Translations under genes and position numbers: made by a program | In this document: positions 25,568 through 38,963 of the stretch, in pieces | Layout: each line of letters opens with the position of its first letter | How positions within the stretch are numbered: the stretch's first letter is position 1 | NCBI GenBank assembly: GCA_002269645.1 | Contig: NIVC01000640.1 | Location: 434,526 to 498,525 of the forward strand | Source of the DNA: Macrostomum lignano | Lineage: Eukaryota | DNA length: 64,000 nt | Direction of reading: 5' to 3' | Notes under the pieces: generated by a model | The model's input: the letters and a program-made list of their open reading frames with translations, nothing else | Database searches by the model: none | Told to the model about the DNA's origin: nothing

Positions 25568-28500
25568 TCACAGGTCGCTGTGCTGCTTTAACGGCCGTCT
25601 TTGCTGCGGCACCGGGTGCGACGGCTCCAGGTTGGAACGCGGCGTGTACCAGTAGGGCGACTGCTGGCTGGCCGAAAGAGAGGCCGAGACGCCGCCGACG
25701 CTGCCGCCTCCAACGCTGCTGCCGCCGATGCTGTTGCCGCCGACGCTTGCATTGGAGCCGCGTCGATAGGGCGCCGGAGGCTGCGACTGCACCGGGATCG
25801 GGAAGTTCGTGTTGACGGGCTTCGTCACCGTTGGAGTGGCCGGCAGTCGGCGCTGCTGCTGACGCTGGTTGGCCGCGTAGACAGCGGCTGCGGCTGTGTC
25901 GGCCGATTGGATCGCGCTGGCGGCGTCGGCCTCGGCCAGCAGATTGCCCATGGAGTTGGAACGGCGCCACTTGGAGCCGGCGCGGGCGTTCGGACCGAGG
26001 TTGGAGCGGCGAGGTACAATTGGCGGCGGCTGCAACTGCTGCTGCTGCTGCTGCTGCTGTTGTCGGTGCTGCTGCGGCTGGTTTTGGTGGCTGCCCAGGA
26101 TGCAGCTGCTCACGCTCCTGGGTTGGATGAGGACTGGCGTTGTTAACTAAGGCATGCGGTGAATAAATCTGGACAATTTTGATACACTTGCTCAGTGTAT
26201 TTTCATGAGTGATGGGTTAAGCTTGCTCTATTCTCATATTCTGTGGTAGCAACACTATCCTAACTTACGGCGCATTGGCGGACGCTGCCGACCGGACAGA
26301 CGATTCGCGGCTGAGGTCGGACACGAGGCTGCGGGCGTCGTACACCTGTCCGGAGAGCAGCTGAGGGGTTTAGGTAGAGGAAATTCGATGAACAGCGATG
26401 AAATGCGATGAAATAGCATGCATGTAAATGCTAATCACTAATCAGTCTACTCACAGACTCGGAGCAGTAGTCAGTAGAAGACGTATTTCTAGGACTGCTG
26501 CTATGGTAGGCGGAGGACACGGACCCGGCAACGGAGCAGGTATCCGGGCCGCCTTGACTAGTGAAACCGGCACCCGCGCCCGCTCCGTTGATGTAGGCGA
26601 AGCTGGACGAATGCGACAGGGTGTCCTCGTCGAACCAGTCGGCGCTGGACATCTGGTCCCGGATGTAGCGGGCCCTCAGGTTTAGCTGAGACAGCTGCGA
26701 AGTTCAAATGGTGGAGTTCCATTTTAAACTACGGTTCAGTTACTTCAGGTCCAGGATGTTTCTAAACTTTAAGACAGCTCATGGTTGGTAAGTTATTCCT
26801 CACCTTCTCCAGCGCCAGCTGGTAGTCCGCAGCTCGTTGCTTTTTCACGTGCCTCGGCTGTCGAGTGGCCTTGGCCTCGCGAAGCAGCCGGACGTGCGCG
26901 TCCACCATGGCCTTCTGGACGGAGATTTCCTGCTTCACCGATTCCATCTGCAATTGTGCAGGGTTCGGAGATTGGGGCAGCTTTGTTATTGATTGACTTG
27001 GACTTATATAGGATCAGAGACAAGCTCAGCTCACCTCAACAGATAGCACTGAGTCCGTGTCTGTGCCAATGGCGTCGGTGTCAACTGCCACCAGGAATTG
27101 AGTTGGCAGGCACAACGTGCTCCCGAGACCGCCTGGTCGTAACCTCTGCTGCTGCTGTTGCTGCTGCTGCTGCTGTCTTTGAGGTTGCTGCTGGAGATGC
27201 TGCGTCTGCTGCATCTGTTTGCCTGTGAGTTCCTGCGCGTTCAGAAAATTGATTTACTCGTAACTGTTAAAGTCTGAACAGCTGTAGGCGCTAGTTACAG
27301 GTACTTACCTTCAGCCAGCAGTTAACCTTAATGCTGGCACAGCGCAGGTCATACGGGGTCACTTCCGGAGGGTCGAGCATGATATTATTCACCTAGATAC
27401 TAGCCTAATTTTTGCTTGCTACTATCGACTGCTGAGTATTTCTCTGTATCCTAGCGAAAGTAAGTTTTTATTATTCGATTAGGGCTCTGTAATTCGAACT
27501 GACACAAAGAGAAATATAGCAGAGGAACCTTAAGCGAGGGTAACAAAGAATCTATATAGTATAACGAGGCGTTTTGCCGGGGGAGTGGTGGGGGAGGGCA
27601 AGACCCAGACAAGACTGTGTTTGGGGTGGGGCCTGTGGGGCGCTATAGGGATGAGTCACCGCGAGCGCAGAGCAGTGAAGAGAAGCATAGGGGACAGAAA
27701 GGTAGAGTGTAAAACAGGGGTAGGTGTGCTGGAGCAGGAGAGGGAAGAGAGAACCCCGTCAAATCCAGCACCCACCACCCCATGTGCGGAAAGAGGCATG
27801 GGGTGGTGGAGCCTGTCCTGTTTTTTTCTCTCTCCTATCCCCTCTCCTCTCCCCTCTGCGCGCTCTCTCTCTCTCTCTCTGCTTGCTTATCTTTCTCTCG
27901 TTCGTTAATAATCCAACACGCGACAGCGACGACAATGCATGGACTGGTATTTAGGTCTAGGGTTAGGGTTAGGGTTAGGGGAGAGGACGTCTGAGTCACC
28001 ACTGGACGGCCACAGGCTTAAGGCCCAAACTACACGCACTAAAGCGGAAAGCAGTGAAAAAGAGGAGGGGAGGCCGGAGGGCGCTTCTTTCCAATTTACA
28101 GTGGTTCCATGCCGCCCTGGGGCTGAATTGATAATCGTAAAAACTGCGGAAAGAGCATACGGCCTTGTGTTCTTATCTTCTTCGATTAGAGAAAAGCGGC
28201 GGGGTGGTGGCGCTGTATCAGTTTAACAAATTTATAACCCTGTTAGAGGGAGACTACCGGTTTGGCCTTGCGAGAATTGGGAAAATAGGCTCACTGCGCA
28301 GTATACTACTAATAAGCAATTCCCCCCATTCTAAACTGACCTGTCCTCTCCTGACCCTGACCCCTGACCTGACCTTATGAAGACAGGCGACAGGTATGGA
28401 AACAAATTGTGCCAGCGACTGGACAAGACAGTACAGATTATAGGTCCAGGGTGCTGTAGGAATGATATAAATGTGACAGATGCAAGGGACTGTAGAAAAC

Positions 28501-31500
28501 TTAGGGTAGAAAATGGCCAGTGACGGACAGGGAGTGACTGGAGAGTGACATGTAGGAGTGATGGAGAGTGACATGTAGAAGTGATGGAGAGTGACATGTA
28601 GGAGTGATGGAGAGTGACATGTAGGAGTGATGGAGAGTGACATGTTGGAGTGATGGAGAGTGACATGTTGGAGTGATGGAGAGTGACATATAGAAGTGAC
28701 ATGTAGGAGTGATTCACACTCCTGAGAGTGACATGTAGGAGTGATGGAGAGTGACATGTAGAAGTGACTGTAGAGGGACATATAGAAGTGACATGTAGGA
28801 GTGATGGAGAGTGACATGTAGGAGTGATGGAGAGTGACATGTAAAAGTGACTGGAGAGTGACATATAGAAGTGACATGTAGGAGTGATGGAGAGTGACAT
28901 GTAGGAGTGATGGAGAGTGACATGTAGAAGTGACTGTAGAGGGACATATAGAAGTGACATGTAGGAGTGATGGAGAGTGACATGTAGGAGTGATGGAGAG
29001 TGACATGTACAAGTGACTGGAGAGTGACATATAGAAGTGACATGTAGGAGTGATGGAGAGTGACATGTAGAGGTTATTGGAAAAGGACATGCGGAAGTGA
29101 CGGACAGGGACATGTAAGAGTGACATGTAGAAGTGACGGAGAGTGAATTGTACATGAAGGAGTGACAGATTAGAGACTGACATACTGTATAGGAGCGACT
29201 GAAACTGAAGCATTAACCTGAACAACAAGTAATAATAGGAGAAGCGTCTCACCCGTTCCCTAGCCAGCAGCGCCTGCAGCTGAGCCTCCTTTGCAGATTT
29301 CTGCTCGCGCAGTTCGGCCAACAGTTCGCGCAGCTCCAAGTAGCGCTGCTGCATCCGGGCTCGCTCCGCCGGGTCCTGCATTTTCTGGCTCAGCGCCAGC
29401 ATCATCCGACTGCCGCTATGCACGGTGAGGTAGCCGCTCTCCTTTGAGGCGGCCGAGCCGCGCGATCCCGACAGCAGCTCCGAGGAGCCGCGCCGACTGC
29501 CGAACAGCAGGTTCAACGGGCCGCCCGAACTTCGGCGGCGCTGCTGCGCTGAGGCCGGCTCTGCCGACGCTGCTGGCGCAGCAGCGATGCCGATAGGGTG
29601 CAGGTCTCGGCCTGCAGGCTTCTTGCTGCGGACTGGAAAGCAGATGATGCAGAAATCCTGACTGTGTGTGGATCACAGCCCTTTTGCCCCCCTGATTGCA
29701 TAACCCTGTAACCTTACCAACACTTTTAAAGGGCCTGGATGCTTCTCTTTTGCTTGTCCTCTTTTCTAAAGACAACTTGATATTCTGGATAGCTATGTGC
29801 CCTGGTTAGAGACATCTAGTGACCCTGGCTTCTAGCTAGAGACCCTGTTCTCCATCTAGAGACCCTGGCTTCCAGCTAGAGACCCTGTTCTCCATCTAGA
29901 GACCTCTGGCTTCCAGCTAGAGACCCTGTTCTCCATCTAGAGACCTTTGGCTTCCAGCTAGAGACCCTGTTCTCCATCTAGAGACCTTTGGCTTCCAGCT
30001 AGAGACCCTGTTCTCCATCTAGAGACCCTGTTGTGACGTTGTCAGTTTAAGGTGGTCCCGAAAAGGGCCGTTGGACTGCTGGTTTTCCATAGTCATTCAA
30101 CCCTTCAGTTTCACCGCTTCAACTAAACTTTTCCATTCGTTTATTGCGACGTTTACTTGTAGTAGTGCCCAACGATTTTGTGGCAATTTCTAATTCACTG
30201 TATATTTTGCTATCCTCTCTCGCGACCGTATAAAATTGGCACGATCGATAATTTTAAGTTCTCTCGCCAGCCAATGAAATCACTCGTGCTCGCGCTACCC
30301 CCCTCTGCGCTCTTTTATTAAACCCCCCGCCTGGCGGCGGGCACCCCTCACGCTTTTTCGTCTCTCCCCGCCTGTCCCTTGTTTCCTTCCCTGCGGCCTC
30401 TTAGCTGTCTTATCTGTTTGTCTGGCTGCCTCGAGCCTCCTTATTTCTCACCACGGCCCTTCTGTCTGGGCCAGCCTGCTCACACACTTACTTGACTGTT
30501 TCACGCCACGACCGACGCCAAACTCGCCACTACGTTTCACTGCCTTCACTGTGCTCATAGCCACTGCTCACGTCACGTCGCCATTGTGTCATTCGCCTGC
30601 CACTTGACTTCATATCCAATTTATATTCAACCCATTGCTGCAGCCGCCAGTGCCCAGAAAGCTATAGTCTGTTTATTGCCAGTAACAACCAAACTTAATA
30701 CTGATATTAACAATAAAGACAACTACGGCAGTCCCTGCCTTTATCGCCAAGTGCTCCGCTACAAAATCCGCTTTACAAGAATTGACTTCAACTTATTTTG
30801 GGACTAAAACGGCCCTTTTAAGGGTCACCGCATAGCTGGCCGCTACGCCAATAACGTGACACTGTTCTCCATCTAGAGACCATGTTCTCCATTTAGAGAC
30901 CCTGTTCCCCATCTTGAGACCCTGCTCTCGATATAGAGATCCTGGAGTACCATTTAGAAACTATAGCACATTTCTGGGCCTTAAAGAATTCCGTTTGTAG
31001 TACAAGCGTAGAGCTGCTGACACCCTCTGTAGAGACCGCTAGCCCAATTCCGTTGCAGAAAAATATGCATTCTTCAATGTTAATTTATATTCATTGTGTG
31101 CTTACTGAGAATTTTTTAGTTTTGCACAGTAAGTCTGCTTGTGATTTTGAAGCTAAAATATCAGTGGCGTCTCTGAGATCCAGCTGTGCGTCAGGGAAAT
31201 GGGTCAACTACAGCGAGTACGCTTGAGCACGTACAATTCACAGACAACGGAGGTGGTTGAGAATCCTCTCATTAATTTCTGTCCCCAGTTTGCCTAGGCT
31301 TTCTGTTGCTATTTTTAGTAACAAGCTAAATAGCTTTCAGAGCTGAGACCTCACGTTTTCCTGTGTATTCCGCGACATTTCTCTTTCATATTAGCACTAT
31401 TCTACTCACATGAGTAGACAGGCTCGATCGTTCAGATATATTTTCTCTCTCACTAAATCGAATCTTTTTTTAAAGGATTACAGCGGGAATAATTCGAGTA

Positions 31501-33427
31501 TGAAACAGTTTTCTTGTAGCCAAATATTTGCGCAAATGTAAGCCCCGTGAAAATGATCGTAAATCATGGCTGGAGTTCGCAACGGAATTGCTTGTTGGGC
31601 GTGCTAGTGTTGGTGCATTGAATCGCATGCCAAAAGCATAATTTGTATGCGAATCAAATAACGCCTATCGTTTTGGTTGTAGCCTATGCTTGGAACAAGA
31701 ATTAGGTGTGCAGTTCGGAGTCTAAGTGCGAGAACTGAAGTCTTCGGTGTGAGGAATCGGGTACTCAGTATGAGGAATCGGGTACTCAGTGTGAGGAATC
31801 GGATACTCAATATGAGGAATCGGGTACTCAGTGTGAGGAATCGGATACTCAATATGAGGAATCGGGTACTCAGTGTGAGAAATCGGGTACTCAGTGTGAG
31901 GAATCGGGTACTCAGTGTGAGGAATCGGGTACTCAGTGTGAGGAATCGGGTAATCGGGTACTCAGTGTGAGGAATCGGGTACTCAGTGTGAGGAATCGGG
32001 TAATCGGGTACTCAGTGTGAGGAATCGGGTACTCAGTGTGAGGAATCGGGTAATCGGGTACTCAGTGTGAGGAATCGGGTACTCAGTGTGAGGAATCGGG
32101 TACTCAGTGTGAAGAATCGGGTAATCGGGTACTCAGTGTGAGGAATCGGGTACTCAGTGTGAGGAATCGGGTACTCAGTGTGAGGAATCGGGTACTCAGT
32201 GTGAGGAATCGGGTACTCAGTGTGAGCCTGTCGCCAAGACTTACTCTGCGGTGACCCTGACCGCGCCCCGCCACCAGCGCTGAGCTCCAGCGAGTCCGCC
32301 CTGTCCCGGCTGACCGCGCTGACTCCGGCTGGAGCTGTCTGCACCGAGCTGCTGCTGCCGAACTCAGCAGGTCCGCCTACTCTGAAGCCGTTGAGATTTG
32401 CAGCTTCTCGGCTGGGTGAAGGATTTGCCCGATCAGGAGCCGCAGTTGCCGCTGCTGCTGCCGCTGCTGCTGCCGCAGCCTTATTATGGAATTCTTTCAG
32501 GTCAGTCTGTCGTGTAGAAGTTTGGGATGCAATCAGATAAAGTAGGTTGTGTGAATATTAGGGTTGTAGTTTTAGATTAAGCTTGGAGATGAGGCTGATG
32601 TAAGATTGAGACGTGGCTGATGTAAGATCGAGACGTGGCTGATGTAAGATCGAGACGTGGCTGATGTAAGATCGAGACGTGGCTGATATAAGATTGAGAC
32701 GTGGCTGATGTAAGATCGAGACGTGGCTGATGTAAGATCGAGACGTGGCTGATGTAAGATCGAGACGTGGCTGATGTAAGATCGAGACGTGGCTGATGTA
32801 AGATCGAGACGTGGCTGATGTAAGATTGAGACGTGGCTGATATAAGATTGAGACGTGGCTGATGTAAGATCGAGACGTGGCTGATGTAAGATCGAGACGT
32901 GGCTGATGTAAGATCGAGACGTGGCTGATGTAAGATCGAGACGTGGCTGATGTAAGATCGAGACGTGGCTGATGTAAGATCGAGACGTGGCTGATGTAAG
33001 ATCGAGACGTGGCTGATGTAAGATCGAGACGTGGCTGATGTAAGATCGAGACGTGGCTGATGTAAGATTGAGACGTGGCTGATGTAAGATTGAGACGTGG
33101 CTGATATAAGATTGAGACGCGGCTGATGTAAGATTGAGACGTGGCTGATGTAAGATTGAGACGTGGCTGATTTGAGCCTGAGATGAGGCCTAAGTGAAGC
33201 GAGTACTCAGCCAAAGATGCGATGACGAGTCAAGAAAACTGTTCCGTCACGTCCAAAACTACATGACGCCAGTCACGATTGCAACCAGATTAAAGTCAGT
33301 TGGGTTAATGCAATGAATAGCTACAGCTCACCAAGTTATTGTCCGAGTGGAACCTGGACCCCTTCTCCCTGACGGACAGGTAGACCTGTCGGCTGTCCCT
33401 CCGTTTCGACAACCGCTTGGATGACAT
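25568..33427 (-). CDS. CUPID/DUF3338 coiled-coil scaffold (FRMD4/CCDC120/INAVA/Stepping-stone-like), no FERM domain seen, about 645 aa; exons 33427-33332, 32506-32245, 29632-29253, 27232-27035, 26947-26804, 26685-26455, 26345-26269, 26117-25568
   Basis: LREQKSAKEAQLQALLARER|ELTGK and ESVKQEISVQKAMVDAHVRLL...KKQRAADYQLALEKL resemble the FRMD4 CUPID motifs LCLREAELTGK and EREFAIQSQITEAARRL...KKQRKTSYLNALKKL. Eight exons total 1938 nt with consistent phases. Confidence 0.7.
28533..29160. repeat. 23-bp minisatellite (GTGACATGTAGGAGTGATGGAGA)n with GTGACATATAGAA inserts
   Basis: Direct reading. Confidence 0.9.
29813..30945. repeat. Alternating 20-mers CTAGAGACCCTGTTCTCCAT / CTAGAGACCCTGGCTTCCAG, split by the 830-bp insertion
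   Basis: Repeat units at 29813-30031 and 30862-30945. Confidence 0.85.
30032..30861. mobile_element. 830-bp non-coding insertion: solo LTR or non-autonomous Ginger-like element
   Basis: Termini TGTGACGTT...AACGTGACA (8/9 inverted match), 4-bp TSD CTGT at 30028-30031 and 30862-30865, and it interrupts a minisatellite that resumes in register. Confidence 0.85.
31746..32224. repeat. 21-bp minisatellite (GTGTGAGGAATCGGGTACTCA)n
   Basis: Direct reading. Confidence 0.94.
32593..33172. repeat. 22-bp minisatellite (GAGACGTGGCTGATGTAAGATC)n
   Basis: Direct reading. Confidence 0.95.
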
Positions 33428-34023
33428 GAGCTCGGCGGTTGAGAAAAATCTCAGCTAAGTTGAGAACTGGGCAATTAACAAAGCAGCCGCTTACGCCCCC
33501 ACCATCTGTCCGTCAATACGCAGTCAGGTCTTCGAGGCGGTCGCTATCTCTGTGTCTACTCGTAGTATCGCGTCTCAGCTCGTATCTTGTCCTGTCGCAG
33601 GTTTTTGACTCTTTACCAAAAAGCCCTTTAATTGCGACACCGCAATGTCGCATGCACTTAGCTGTCTTTCTGACCGCCCGCTCAGGCCCGACTGTGCGCT
33701 CTCTTATTGCACAGAAACTGCAGCCAAGTGCGACGGAGGTTGGGGCGGTCTGAGCTGCGCAAATTCGTGTCGTCGAATGTCTCTCCGTTCGGTGCGCGCG
33801 CTCCTCCTACCCGCAGATCACTGCGACCCTGTTTGACCCTGCTTGGAGTAGCAATTCAGACTCTGTATTTATGAGCCTTGCAAAGACACGCAGAAATATT
33901 CTGCCACAGATGAAACGAGCATAAGAGATGCTGAGTGCTTGCACAATAGGAGGACGGGTCGTACTGGCGATTCCTGCCTCGAGGCGGTTTTTCTGCGCTC
34001 ACAAAAGACGTTTTTTACGAATT

Positions 34024-34055
<32 letters not shown>

Positions 34056-34351
34056 CAGTCTTAGCTGCCCGATACGGGGAGAGAGAATCAGAGAGAGGGC
34101 CCAAGCCCCAACTGCTCAAGATTTCGGTCGGTCTACTACTAAATTTGGCAGATAGCTGGGGTAAAGTTGTACGCCAAGAATCTCGAGTAAACTGCCCATA
34201 TGCGAGCTGGGTGCCGAGCGCCTTTCTCGCCTGTCTTAGCAAGAGCTGCTCCACATGCAGAGATAGCCTCTACATGTAGCAGATCCCGAGCCAGTCACAC
34301 AGAGAAAAGTCACACTAGTTTGAAAATGTTGGAGTAATTAAATTGGTGATG

Positions 34352-37275
34352 ATCCTTGCAGTTTGGATATCAGTGCAAATCATTGTAGTTTTTGGGGATC
34401 AGTGCAAATCCTTGTAGTTTTTGGGAATCAGTGCAAATCCTTGTAGTTTTTGGGGATCAGTGCAAATCCTTGTAGTTTTTGGGGATCAGTGCAAATCCTT
34501 GTAGTTTTTGGGGATCAGTGCAAATCCTTGTAGTTTTTGGGAATCAGTGCAAATCCTTGTAGTTTTTGGGAATCAGTGCAAATCCTTGTAGTTTTTGGGG
34601 ATCAGTGCAAATCCTTGTAGTTTTTGGGGATCAGTGCAAATCCTTGTAGTTTTTGGGGATCAGTGCAAATCCTTGTAGGTTGGGGATCAGTGCAAATCCT
34701 TGTAGTTTTTGGGGATCAGTGCAAATCCTTGTAGTTTTTGGGGATCAGTGCAAATCCTTGTAGTTTTTGGGGATCAGTGCAAATCCTTGTAGTTTTTGGG
34801 GATCAGTGCAAATCCTTGTAGTTTTTGGGGATCAGTGCAAATCCTTGTAGTTTTTGGGGATCAGTGCAAATCCTTGTAGTTTTTGGGGATCAGTGCAAAT
34901 CCTTGTAGTTTTTGGGGATCAGTGCAAATCCTTGTAGTTTTTGGGGATCAGTGCAAATCCTTGTAGTTTTTGGGGATCAGTGCAAATCCTTGTAGTTTTT
35001 GGGGATCAGTGCAAATCCTTGTAGTTTTTGGGGATCAGTGCAAATCCTTGTAGTTTGGGGATCAGTGCAAATCCTTGTAGGTTGGGGATCAGTGCAAATC
35101 CTTGTAGTTTTTGGGGATCAGTGCAAATCCTTGTAGGTTGGGGATCAGTGCAAATCCTTGTAGTTTTTGGGGATCAGTGCAAATCCTTGTAGTTTTTGGG
35201 GATCAGTGCAAATCCTTGTAGTTTTTGGGGATCAGTGCAAATCCTTGTAGTTTTTGGGGATCAGTGCAAATCCTTGTAGCTTGGGGATCAGTGCAAATCC
35301 TTGTAGTTTGGGGATCAGTGCAAATCCTTGTAGGTTGGGGATCAGTGCAAATCCTTGTAGGTTGGGGATCAGTGCAAATCCTTGTAGTTTTTGGGGATCA
35401 GTGCAAATCCTTGTAGGTTGGGGATCAGTGCAAATCCTTGTAGGTTGGGGATCAGTGCAAATCCTTGTAGTTTGGGGATCAGTGCAAATCCTTGTAGGTT
35501 GGGGATCAGTGCAAATCCTTGTAGTTTTTGGGGATCAGTGCAAATCCTTGTAGTTTTTGGGGATCAGTGCAAATCCTTGTAGTTTAGAGGGATCAGTGCA
35601 AATCCTTGTAGGTTGGGGATCAGTGCAAATCCTTGTAGTTTTTGGGGATCAGTGCAAATCCTTGTAGTTTAGAGGGATCAGTGCAAATCCTTGTAGGTTG
35701 GGGATCAGTGCAAATCCTTGTAGTTTTTGGGGATCAGTGCAAATCCTTGTAGGTTGGGGATCAGTGCAAATCCTTGTAGTTTGGGGATCAGTGCAAATCC
35801 TTGTAGTTTTTGGGGATCAGTGCAAATCCTTGTAGTTTTTGGGGATCAGTGCAAATCCTTGTAGTTTGGGGATCAGTGCAAATCCTTGTAGTTTTTGGGG
35901 ATCAGTGCAAATCCTTGTAGTTTTTGGGGATCAGTGCAAATCCTTGTAGGTTGGGGATCAGTGCAAATCCTTGTAGTTTGGGGATCAGTACAAATCCTTG
36001 TAGTTTGGGGATCAGTGCAAATCCTTGTAGGTTGAAGATCAGTGCAAATCCTTGTAGGTTGGGGATCAGTGCAAATCCTTGTAGGTTGGGGATCAGTGCA
36101 AATCCTTGTAGTTTGGGGATCAGTGCAAATCCTTGTAGTTTTTGGGGATCAGTGCAAATCCTTGTAGTTTAGAGGGATCAGTGCAAATCCTTGTAGGTTG
36201 GGGATCAGTGCAAATCATTGTAGGTTGAAGATCAGTGCAAATCCTTGTAGGTTGAAGATCAGTGCAAATCCTTGTAGTTTAGAGGGATCAGTGCAAATCC
36301 TTGTAGGTTGAAGATCAGTGCAAATCCTTGTAGGTTGAAGATCAGTGCAAATCCTTGTAGGTTGGGGATCAGTGCAAATCCTTGTAGGTTGGGGATCAGT
36401 GCAAATCCTTGTAGGTTGAAGATCAGTGCAAATCCTTGTAGGTTGAAGATCAGTGCAAATCCTTGTAGGTTGGGGATCAGTGCAAATCCTTGTAGGTTGG
36501 GGATCAGTGCAAATCCTTGTAGGTTGAAGATCAGTGCAAATCCTTGTAGCTTAGGGATTCAGTGCAAATCCTTGTAGTTTGGGGATCAGTGCAAATCCTT
36601 GTAGTTTGGGGATCAGTGCAAATCCTTGTAGGTTGGGGATCAGTGCAAATCCTTGTAGGTTGGGGATCAGTGCAAATCCTTGTAGGTTGGGGATCAGTGC
36701 AAATCCTTGTAGGTTGGGGATCAGTGCAAATCCTTGTAGTTTAGAGGGATCAGTGCAAATCCTTGTAGGTTGGGGATCAGTGCAAATCCTTGTAGTTTGG
36801 GGATCAGTGCAAATCCTTGTAGGTTGGGGATCAGTGCAAATCCTTGTAGGTTGGGGATCAGTGCAAATCCTTGTAGGTTGGGGATCAGTGCAAATCCTTG
36901 TAGGTTGGGGATCAGTGCAAATCCTTGTAGTTTAGAGGGATCAGTGCAAATCCTTGTAGGTTGGGGATCAGTGCAAATCCTTGTAGTTTTTGGGGATCAG
37001 TGCAAATCCTTGTAGTTTGGGGATCAGTGCAAATCCTTGTAGTTTGGGGATCAGTGCAAATCCTTGTAGTTTGGGGATCAGTGCGAATCCTTGTAAGGTT
37101 GGGGGGTCAGTGCAAATCTTTGCAGTTTACGGATCAGTGCGAATCCTTGTAGTTTGGAGATCAGTGCAAATCCTCGTAGTTTTTGGGGATCAGTGCAAAT
37201 CCTTGTAGTTTGGGGATCAGTGCAAATCCTTGTAGTTTTTGGGGATCAGTGCAAATCCTTGTAGTTTTTTGGGGA
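34352..37275. repeat. 27/29-bp minisatellite, array 2 (same family as 12163-13424)
   Basis: Identical GGGATCAGTGCAAATCCTTGTAG core in the same orientation. Confidence 0.96.
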
Positions 37276-38963
37276 TCAGCGCAAACCCGTAGCAGACAGA
37301 CTGGGGATACTGAAGCGCAAGCATGAAATTGTGATTGAATGGCATGTGAAGCTGTGAGTCCTCAGCTACAGAGGCAAACCGAGGCGAAGGAATTATCTAT
37401 TAAAATCTAGAAACTAGAAAAACCCGCATATTTTGCTACTCAAAGTAGCAGAAAAAGAGTTATTTCACACTCTAACTAGCTAAATATTGCTTTAAAAGGT
37501 GAGACGCTTGAAAATGAAGTCAAGCCAGTCTTAATTTGCATCTAAGCTATTGCAATAAATTCAGAGAGAAAGCTCAATTGACTTTCTGCCTTGCGTCTGA
37601 CCTAAAAAATGCGCCTCTTTGTCCGCTTGCATTTCTGCATTTTCAGTCTCAATCAAGCGGTCGCAGGTTGAATAGTGTCGAGTGTGGGAGAGGGCGAGTG
37701 AGGGCTCAAGGCTCCGTTCGGATTGTCTCAAATTACAGCAACATTCGGCCGCGTGTCAGGCTGGGCAGTCTTGCATTCGAAATTAGTTTGAATTCGAACT
37801 AATTGGTCGCCTCTGGCCCTCTTGATTTCCTGTAGCCTTTTGCAATGCTATTTTAGGATATTATAAGCATCATATTGTTGTCTGACTGTCTGAAACTTCA
37901 ATAACACATTTTTAAATTAACAGCTTAACTAGCAGATTATATTATAAGTTCGATCGGTAACGCAGCACTCGACTAGCACAGCAACTGACTTGCTGGCAGA
38001 TCTCGGTCGCAATCCTTGCCCACCAGCCCCTGGCTGAAACTGCGCAGTCCCCAAAGTTGTTGTTGGTGCAGCGCCCTCTGTTTTCGTTAAAGCCGAATTG
38101 CTCTTCGCTACAAACCAGCCGATTCCCAGGCAGCAGAAGCAGCAGCAGTAATTGAATACAGTAAAAAAAGAAGCAGAAAAAGTTTCAGACCCCCCAAGTA
38201 AAGAAGTGAGAGGTGGAGAACCAGAGAAAAGCAGCACTTGCCCGCCGCGGAGAGCCCGAAAAGCTGTGCAAAGCCCCCGTCTCCACCGGACTGGAACCAG
38301 CCGAACGGAAATGAAAGAAGAAACAAAGCCAAGGAAGAAGAAGAAGAAGAAAACGCATATAAATAGGCGTCAGTTTTAGAGACGACCAGGCGAGAGCGGC
38401 GGCGGCGGAGGCGCGCATTCCGAGGACAGCTTGGCGAGCTGACTGTCTGCAGATGGTGAGAGCACCGGCTATAGTTGTAGAGTTGAACCCGAAGGGGAGC
38501 TGCTTGAACTGACACACCGCCTGACAGCACTGTGTCATGGAGCTGCTCTCTTGCTGGTTCCTCTTCTGTCTTCAGGCCAACCCGCAGTTCTCTGATCCCA
38601 GTTCGCATGGTACAAATAAACTACCTTTTGCATGCTCAGCATGTTTTAAAATTGCCTTTTCGATTTGTCTTTTTTATTTGTGTGTAATTGAGAGGGGCGC
38701 AGATACAACTGGGAAAGGGAGGAAAATATTTACAGTATAGCAAGTGATTGTCACTAAAAAGTTAATCTCCTCGGGCATTATACGAGCGATAAGAAAGTGT
38801 TTGATTATTGAATAGGTTAGTGTAAAAGGTGACACCGCAGGTGCACTGCATGATTTAAAACAATTTTACATACACATGGAGCAATCCGCCATTAGCTTTG
38901 CTACATAATCTAAGTGAGTTACCAGTAGCACACAGCCGGAGGCTGAGAAAGATACATGAAAGC

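Noticed and set aside
27958-27980. TAGGG(TTAGGG)3 as an interstitial telomere or fusion scar
   Set aside because: Only about four units with no inverted partner; such short runs are common in repeat-derived DNA.
34015-34270. Possible extra upstream coding exon of the CUPID gene
   Set aside because: No convincing donor/acceptor pair in a compatible phase and no FERM similarity.
38108-38608. Signal-peptide-like ORF (MRFLLLLLPWLCFFF...SPRR) and neighbouring - strand ORFs
   Set aside because: Hydrophobicity comes from a CT-rich tract; no recognisable family, amidation site or consistent splice model. It may be UTR or promoter of the CUPID gene.
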